The notes under the pieces are model-generated. The model did not search any database. It was not told the origin of the DNA and saw only the letters and a program-made list of their open reading frames with translations. Position numbers and translations under genes: made by a program. From NCBI RefSeq assembly GCF_009914755.1, contig NC_060927.1: DNA of 64,000 nt; one strand, given 5' to 3'. Each line of letters begins with the position of its first letter. Position 1 is the first letter of the stretch. This document shows positions 58,062-64,000 of the stretch, piece by piece. This DNA comes from the human T2T-CHM13v2.0 reference genome, Homo sapiens.

Positions 58062-59308
58062 AGTCTACCAGTGTCTCTGCTTGCTTTACCCCTACTCCAA
58101 TATCCTGCTTTCCATAAATGCCTGATTTAATTGAACTGGTCTTTAACTCAGAATGAGAGTAGATTCAGTAAGGTATAAATTGTCCCTGTCATTAAAAACA
58201 ATGAATTGGACAAATGGCATATTGCCAAAGTGAAAAGGAAAGGAAAAACAATGAAACAAAAAATTGAACCCTGAATCATTTATGATTCTGTGATTTGGCT
58301 GTGATATTTGCTGTCAATAGACCTTTTTTCTTGTCAACCACCTTATTTGTCATTTTCAGAAATTGTAAATCTACAATTAGCTGCTTTCTATTCAACTTTA
58401 GAAAAATAATGCAAATATACTGGCACAATCATAGAGGAAAATTAATATTTAAGTTGGACAAGCTCAAATTTCTAGGTAACTTACACCTTTAATATTCCTA
58501 CTTTCTTCTTTTCTTATCCTTCCCCCCGCACATTATTTCTTATGCAATAAATGAGTTCAGATAGATAAAAAACTATGAGGAGGTGCACTAGGTAAAGAAA
58601 ATACAGATTAAAAATAATCCCTTTCTATTAACCTGAAGTAGGCTTATATAAATTTATTACCACATCTCAGATAAGTCTTTCAGGTTTAGTGTATACCTCT
58701 TGATTAAATAAATTAGATGCATTTAATTTGTCTCAATTCACATTAAGTTCAAGGGAAGATCAATTAAATTTCTCTACTTTTTAATTTAAAAGAGACATGG
58801 TGGTAGTACTTGTAGATTAATGCTCTTATAAATTAAATTTTATCTCTATTTTTATACCTACCAGAAAGAGTATAATGTTCTAGCATATTGACAAAGCTTG
58901 AGCTAAAACATTCAGGCAATTTATAATAACTTAAAACTAAGGCTGTGGAAGAGTCTAGTTCTAGGAAATATTTTTAGAGGTGACTCAATGACAAAGCTTA
59001 TAACTAGTAGAGGCTTTGTCTTAATTGAAGTGAGATAGATAACTGTAGAATTTATGTGAAAACTTGGTGTGAATTGGTTTATTAGGCATTTTAATATCCT
59101 GGCTAAGAGGCATTATGTAGTTGGGAAACTAGTGAAAAAAGGAGAAACTTAACTGCATTTGCAATGATTTATTCCTTTGAAAAAACAAACTAAAGCCAAA
59201 CTGAAGCAAATAAGGTCAAATATTATGTCTATTTTATCTCTCTGGTGGGTCTTATAATTTTTTTGTTTAAAATATTTCATTATTAAAAATTATAAGAATA
59301 GGATTGTT

Positions 59309-59409
59309 GAAAACTGGATATCCACATGCAGAAGAATGAAACTAGACTCCTATCTCTTGTCATACACAAAAATCAAATCAAAATGGATTAAAGATTGAAA
59401 TCTAAGACA
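59309..59409 (+). mobile_element. Isolated ~100-bp internal L1MA ORF2 fragment, no tail
   Basis: gaaaactggatatccacatgcagaagaatgaaactagactcc...aaaatggattaaaga..aaatctaagac. Confidence 0.8.
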
Positions 59410-59600
59410 TTATAATTTTTAAAAACTTTTGGGGATGCATACTGAAATATGTTGAGATGAAATTACATGATATCTAGAATTCTTTGCAATACTTTAGCAT
59501 TAATAAGAAAATAAAAGCATTAAAAGGATGAATAAAACAAGTGTGGCACAGTCTTGACATTTGAATCCAGATGATAGATTTACATACATATAAATATTTT

Positions 59601-59743
59601 AATTTAATTTAATTTATTTATTTATTGTAGAGACAGAATCTTGCTATAGTGCCCAGACTGTTCTTGAACTCCTGGCCTTAAGGGATCATCTCTCCTTGGC
59701 CTCCCAAAGTGCTGGGATTACAGGTGTGAGTCACCACACCTGA
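59601..59743 (-). mobile_element. FLAM / Alu left monomer
   Basis: (ATTT)n tail, tgtagagac...gcctcccaaagtgctgggattacaggtgtgag; approximate TSD catata(a/c)atatttt. Confidence 0.88.
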
Positions 59744-60084
59744 TTCATATACATATTTTTAAATCAAGGAGAATACATTATCTTAAAGCTGTTGGGTCGA
59801 GACTCCTTAGGTGAACACAAAAAGGAATTAATGACAGATTAACTAAGGAGATTAATTAACAAACATTCCTTTCTACCAATTTTAAGTTCCTAAAAGTTTC
59901 AGTTTATTTTGCTTATGTCAAATGTTCAAAAAGTTTGGTTGCCCCATTTTTTTATGAGCACGTACTAATAGTAGTGACAGGTTAAATCCCCAGGAAATTT
60001 CAGTTATTTGTGTTATCCCCATGGGTTTATTGTTTAGTTCTTTAATAATTGCTTAAGTCGTTCCCCCAACCTTACATCACTTAC

Positions 60085-60137
60085 CTGTGCTCTTCAAATG
60101 AAGACTTTGACCATGGAGGTGACCTTACAGCCATTTA
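60085..60137 (-). other. Candidate 53-nt spliced exon
   Basis: Minus strand: branch-like TTAAC, then tgcccttcctacttattttttttaccctctag| exon |CAG-gtaagtg. Confidence 0.35.
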
Positions 60138-63100
60138 CTAGAGGGTAAAAAAAAATAAGTAGGAAGGGCAGTTAACAGGCATTAAATGAGGAACATTCTG
60201 AAAAGCATATTTGAAGTCCCAAGAATATGAGGACATTCTCAGCAGGGTAGAATCCTACGACTACTGAATATTTACCACGTCAACTCTTATGACTAATTAG
60301 GTAGTTCAAATTTATTTATCAGAGCTCATCCAAATAACCATTCTTTTTTCCTTGTGTGATATTTTCTTGTTTTCTCCTGAAAACACTTCACATAAGAAGT
60401 CACTGTGATACGAAGTTAGCTTAGTTCTTGGAATTTTTGTTTAGAAACTATTTGCACATAAATTAAAAGACCCGTTCATTTGGAAATTAGCACACGACTT
60501 TTATCCTGCCTCGAAGGCAGGATAAACCCTTTATTGTGTTTCCTTAACTTTTCCTATGTTCTGTAGATTTTGGACAGTGTTGTGTTGTATCCTGTGTTGC
60601 TGTTTCTGTTTTGGTTAACCAGACTCTGTTCAGGATTCAGGACTTTTAGCGCCCATCCCAGTTCATGTTAAATCAATTATGGAAGAACAGGGTAGAAGTG
60701 AAAGCATTTTTACCCAAAAGGCCCTGCTAAAGCTGTTAGATTCAATTAAGTACAAATTCTATCTTCAGGATTAGAGTTTTATAGTCCAAGTCAAAACTCG
60801 AGTTCCTGTGTTCTTCCTTATACCCATATACATTCTTCCACTGAGGTTATGTGTCCCCGCCATGCTGTCTAGCCCTAAAACGGCATACCCATTTGCACCC
60901 CTCTGTCTGAGAAGCTTATTACACTCACTAGTTGCATTTGGATTAACTTTGAATGCTTCTTTTTTTGGGGGGCAGGGATGGCATTTTTTTGTTGGTTATT
61001 ACAGGAGGGTTTGGAGTTTTGGGTTTTATTTTCATACTAGGGTTGGGTTGCTGAGCCGGGAATCAAATTAAAACTGGCACGTCTCTGTGGTTTCATTTGC
61101 TTTTCTTCCTGCCATGGGATAAGCTGGCACTGAAGTCTTGTTTTGAAACCCTGAAATTCAAGCCTTAGAAAAATCATTGCCAATAGTGTAAGTTGAAATG
61201 CTTGGTTTGAATTTCCACTGGATTGTGGGGACCCAAATAGAAAGGTTGAATTAGAGTTTGTTTCAGCAGCCAGTAGAATATCTTCTTCAGGTAGATTTGT
61301 TAAGAAATTTGGACATCATCTTACAAAATATTTGGAGGTTAAACTTGCACCAGCCCTTCCTCTACTGTGTATAGTATAGCATCCTGTTTATGGGAGAAAA
61401 GAATATATGAGTGAAGGCCAAAAAAGAGAAAGCATGGCTGTTGTGTTTTGTAAAAGTGTTTGGGGTATTTTATAGAAGGCAGAGAGAAAATTGGGCAGCT
61501 GAATTTGTTCAATGTAAGACACGGGGAGAAAAATGGATGAAGATTTTTAGAGGCATTTTTGTTGTATATTATGAGTAAAATTCTCTTTGGAAATGCTTTG
61601 AGAATCTTAATTAGAGATTTAAATTGCTTTTACATTCCTTTTTTGTTTTTTGAAGGCTGGGTCTTCTTTAAAGAAGGAGTACTCGAGGACTCTGTGAATT
61701 GAAAACGAACATCTGTTTGAACCTGTTTTTGTGTAAGTGGTGATTTCATGTAACATCCTAGTTTCATATTCAGAGTTTTAAATATCTTTTTTCATTAGTT
61801 TTTTTAATATTAGATCTTGAAATTGGAAATATTTTAATCCCCATCAATGTAACAGGAGATTTAATTATCTCTCTTCATTAGCTCTTATCCAATATTAGAT
61901 TTTGTAATTGAAAATATTTCCAATATGTTCTTGATTAATAGAGAGTTCGGAATATCTAATGCTCATTGTAATTGCAGTCTAGTGGACTACTTATATGCAA
62001 AAATGAAGAAGAGGTAAGAGACAGTGTATGGACACTTGCGGACATGAGACTATTAGTATTCCTTTTCCCTTTTTCCTTGGCAATGCTATATATCAGAAAT
62101 ATTTAAAAAATAGTCACAGACTATGAAATGTAGAAGAGAAAATACAATGAGGAGAGTGCTACTGCATCTATCATGTGAAGATGATAATCAACTATATTGT
62201 TCAAAATGCCTAAGTTCAACTGGAAGAATGCAGTGGAAATACAGTTGATGTGCTTTTAAAGATTCCTTTTCAGATAAATTCCCTCTAAGTTCAGTATTTA
62301 CAATTGGGTCCAGGTATGAATTTGAGAGGAAGAAAATGGATTTTGGTAATTTTCTATGGATTAGCGGTTTTTCTTGGCCTTGAACAGATTTATCAAGCTC
62401 CACAGAAGCACAGGTGTTACAGTTTATAAGTGTAATAAAGGCCAAGTTTTTTCCTCAAAAACAAAACAAAACAAACCCCACTCAGTTTATTTACTAGATG
62501 ATAAAAATCAAATTGAAAACCTTTTCATGAATGGTGGTCTTCATGTGTAATGTGAAGTTTCTGCTTAGAGCTCTTCAGCCTATATATCCTTCATTATAAT
62601 CTCTTATGAGGTATATTCAAAGCTATATAGGCCAAAAGGGACGATTAATAGGAGTGTGAGCCTTGAACCAATTACATGTCAAATGATTTAACAAGGAGCG
62701 ATTCCAGCAAAATCTCAAAAGATGATTTAGGGAAGATAGAAGACATATACCATCATGTGCCAAGTCTGAGAAGCACAAATGTTTAAAATCCCCAATCTGT
62801 ACTTAATTTCATTAAATTTCACTGGTTATTCCTGTTTGAACTTAATGTACTTTCTAGTCCTACTTCCATACAAAGTGTGGAATTGCTGGTTTACTCAAGA
62901 CTGGCTGTTTGGTTAGTAGCTTTAGGAAGAAAAGAGCTTAACTGGGCATTGGAGAATGTGATTATTTTATTTGGGAAGAAATTAAGTTAAATATATCACT
63001 TAAATATGATTAAAATATGTTTTTAATCAATACATTATAAAAACTATAATGTTTAAAAGTGCAATGAAGGAAGAAAGTTTCTGCTTATTTAGGCATTAGT

Positions 63101-63903
63101 GTAGTCTTGCTTTCCACATTAGTCCTTGGAGAGGAAGTGGGAAAGGAGTGGAAGTCACATTAATCACTCCTAGAGCAAGAGTCTCTGTCTAGGCCCAATT
63201 TAAATTTTGCTCTTGGTAGATACGATTACAGCCAAACTGGTGAATTTTTAGGTGAATTCAGGCTTTAATGCACTTGAGAATCAAAATATTTCTGAGATGT
63301 ATTAGGCTGAAATAAAACCATGAATAAGCAAGTAAATCCCCTCTTCCAAGAATGGAGGGGACCATCAAGCTCAGGACAGGTCTCATCCTCAATTCCAGAA
63401 AAGAGTATGCCTCAACTCTTACCTACAGATGGGAATCTGTCCAACCATGAAAAATCTCTAAGGGAAAGAATTGTGTTTTATTCTTCAATGAACAAAAATG
63501 ATACCATTATAGGGGTTTTCCCTTTAAAAGCCTGAATTCCTCCTACTTTAGCAGAATTCACAGATAGCTGGTCATTCATCCTGTATGATTCTGAGACAAA
63601 ATACAAATAAGAACATAGAAGCTGTTGACATTTTTATAAATGAACTGGCAAAACTGAATTAAGAACATTTTTCAGGTTTTAAACCCTAATTTTCTCCCAA
63701 GTGATATGTAATTTTACTTGGAAAACTGTCAGAAATACACGAACCAACCCACTGATTAGTCTCTGCTACTAAACCTCTCAGAGCTAGTTGAGGATTAAAT
63801 AAGCCATTAAATTAAAAAGTGCTTGAGAACCTCAAAGTTCTATTTGAATGTGAAAGATTATTTCAGTGGCTCTGATCCTACTAAGCAGTCTCATTTTAGG
63901 CAA

Positions 63904-64000
63904 TGATATGGTTTGGCTGTGTCCCCACCCAAATCGCATTTTGAATTCCCACGTGTTGCGGGAGAGACCCAGTGGGAGGTAATTGCATCATGGGGTCAGG
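63904..64000 (+). mobile_element. THE1 (MaLR) LTR start, runs off the window
   Basis: TGATATGGTTTGGCTGTGTCCCCACCCAAAT...ttgaattcccacgtgttg..gacccagtgggaggtaatt. Confidence 0.93.

Noticed and set aside
63980-63990. DUX4 site in the THE1 LTR
   Set aside because: Reads TAATTGCATCA rather than TAATTGAATCA, a core mismatch; the element is also cut by the window edge

Overview
Primate (hominoid-type, probably human) AT-rich, CpG-poor, repeat-dense genomic DNA. I see no intact cellular protein-coding gene, and I cannot assign the locus. 1-14.2 kb is a stack of five plus-strand LINE-1 elements of different ages, including a full-length L1PA (1126-7305) and an older L1PB-type element nested in an L1MA. 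A second full-length L1PA on the minus strand (25000-31144) splits an AluJ. A third L1PA (39614-40998) keeps both ends and its TSD but has lost about 4.7 kb internally. The rest is Alu/FLAM, MIR, L2, old L1M, hAT MITEs (MER20, MER5A), a Tigger4/Zombi transposon fossil, ERVL/MaLR LTRs and microsatellites. All long ORFs in the track are decayed L1 ORF1/ORF2/ORF0 or transposase pieces. The most notable observations are: (i) a tailless retroposed 5' half of tRNA-Cys(GCA) ending exactly at the anticodon, with a perfect 15-bp TSD; (ii) the mini-L1 that fuses the L1 promoter to the ORF2 C-terminus and keeps an open, extended ORF0; (iii) several locally templated, fold-back insertions; (iv) an unexplained diverged ~220-bp direct repeat; (v) small candidate exons and a candidate CTCF site. 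I found no evidence for a new multi-gene system. Subfamily names come from recalled consensus sequences and need confirmation with RepeatMasker/Dfam.
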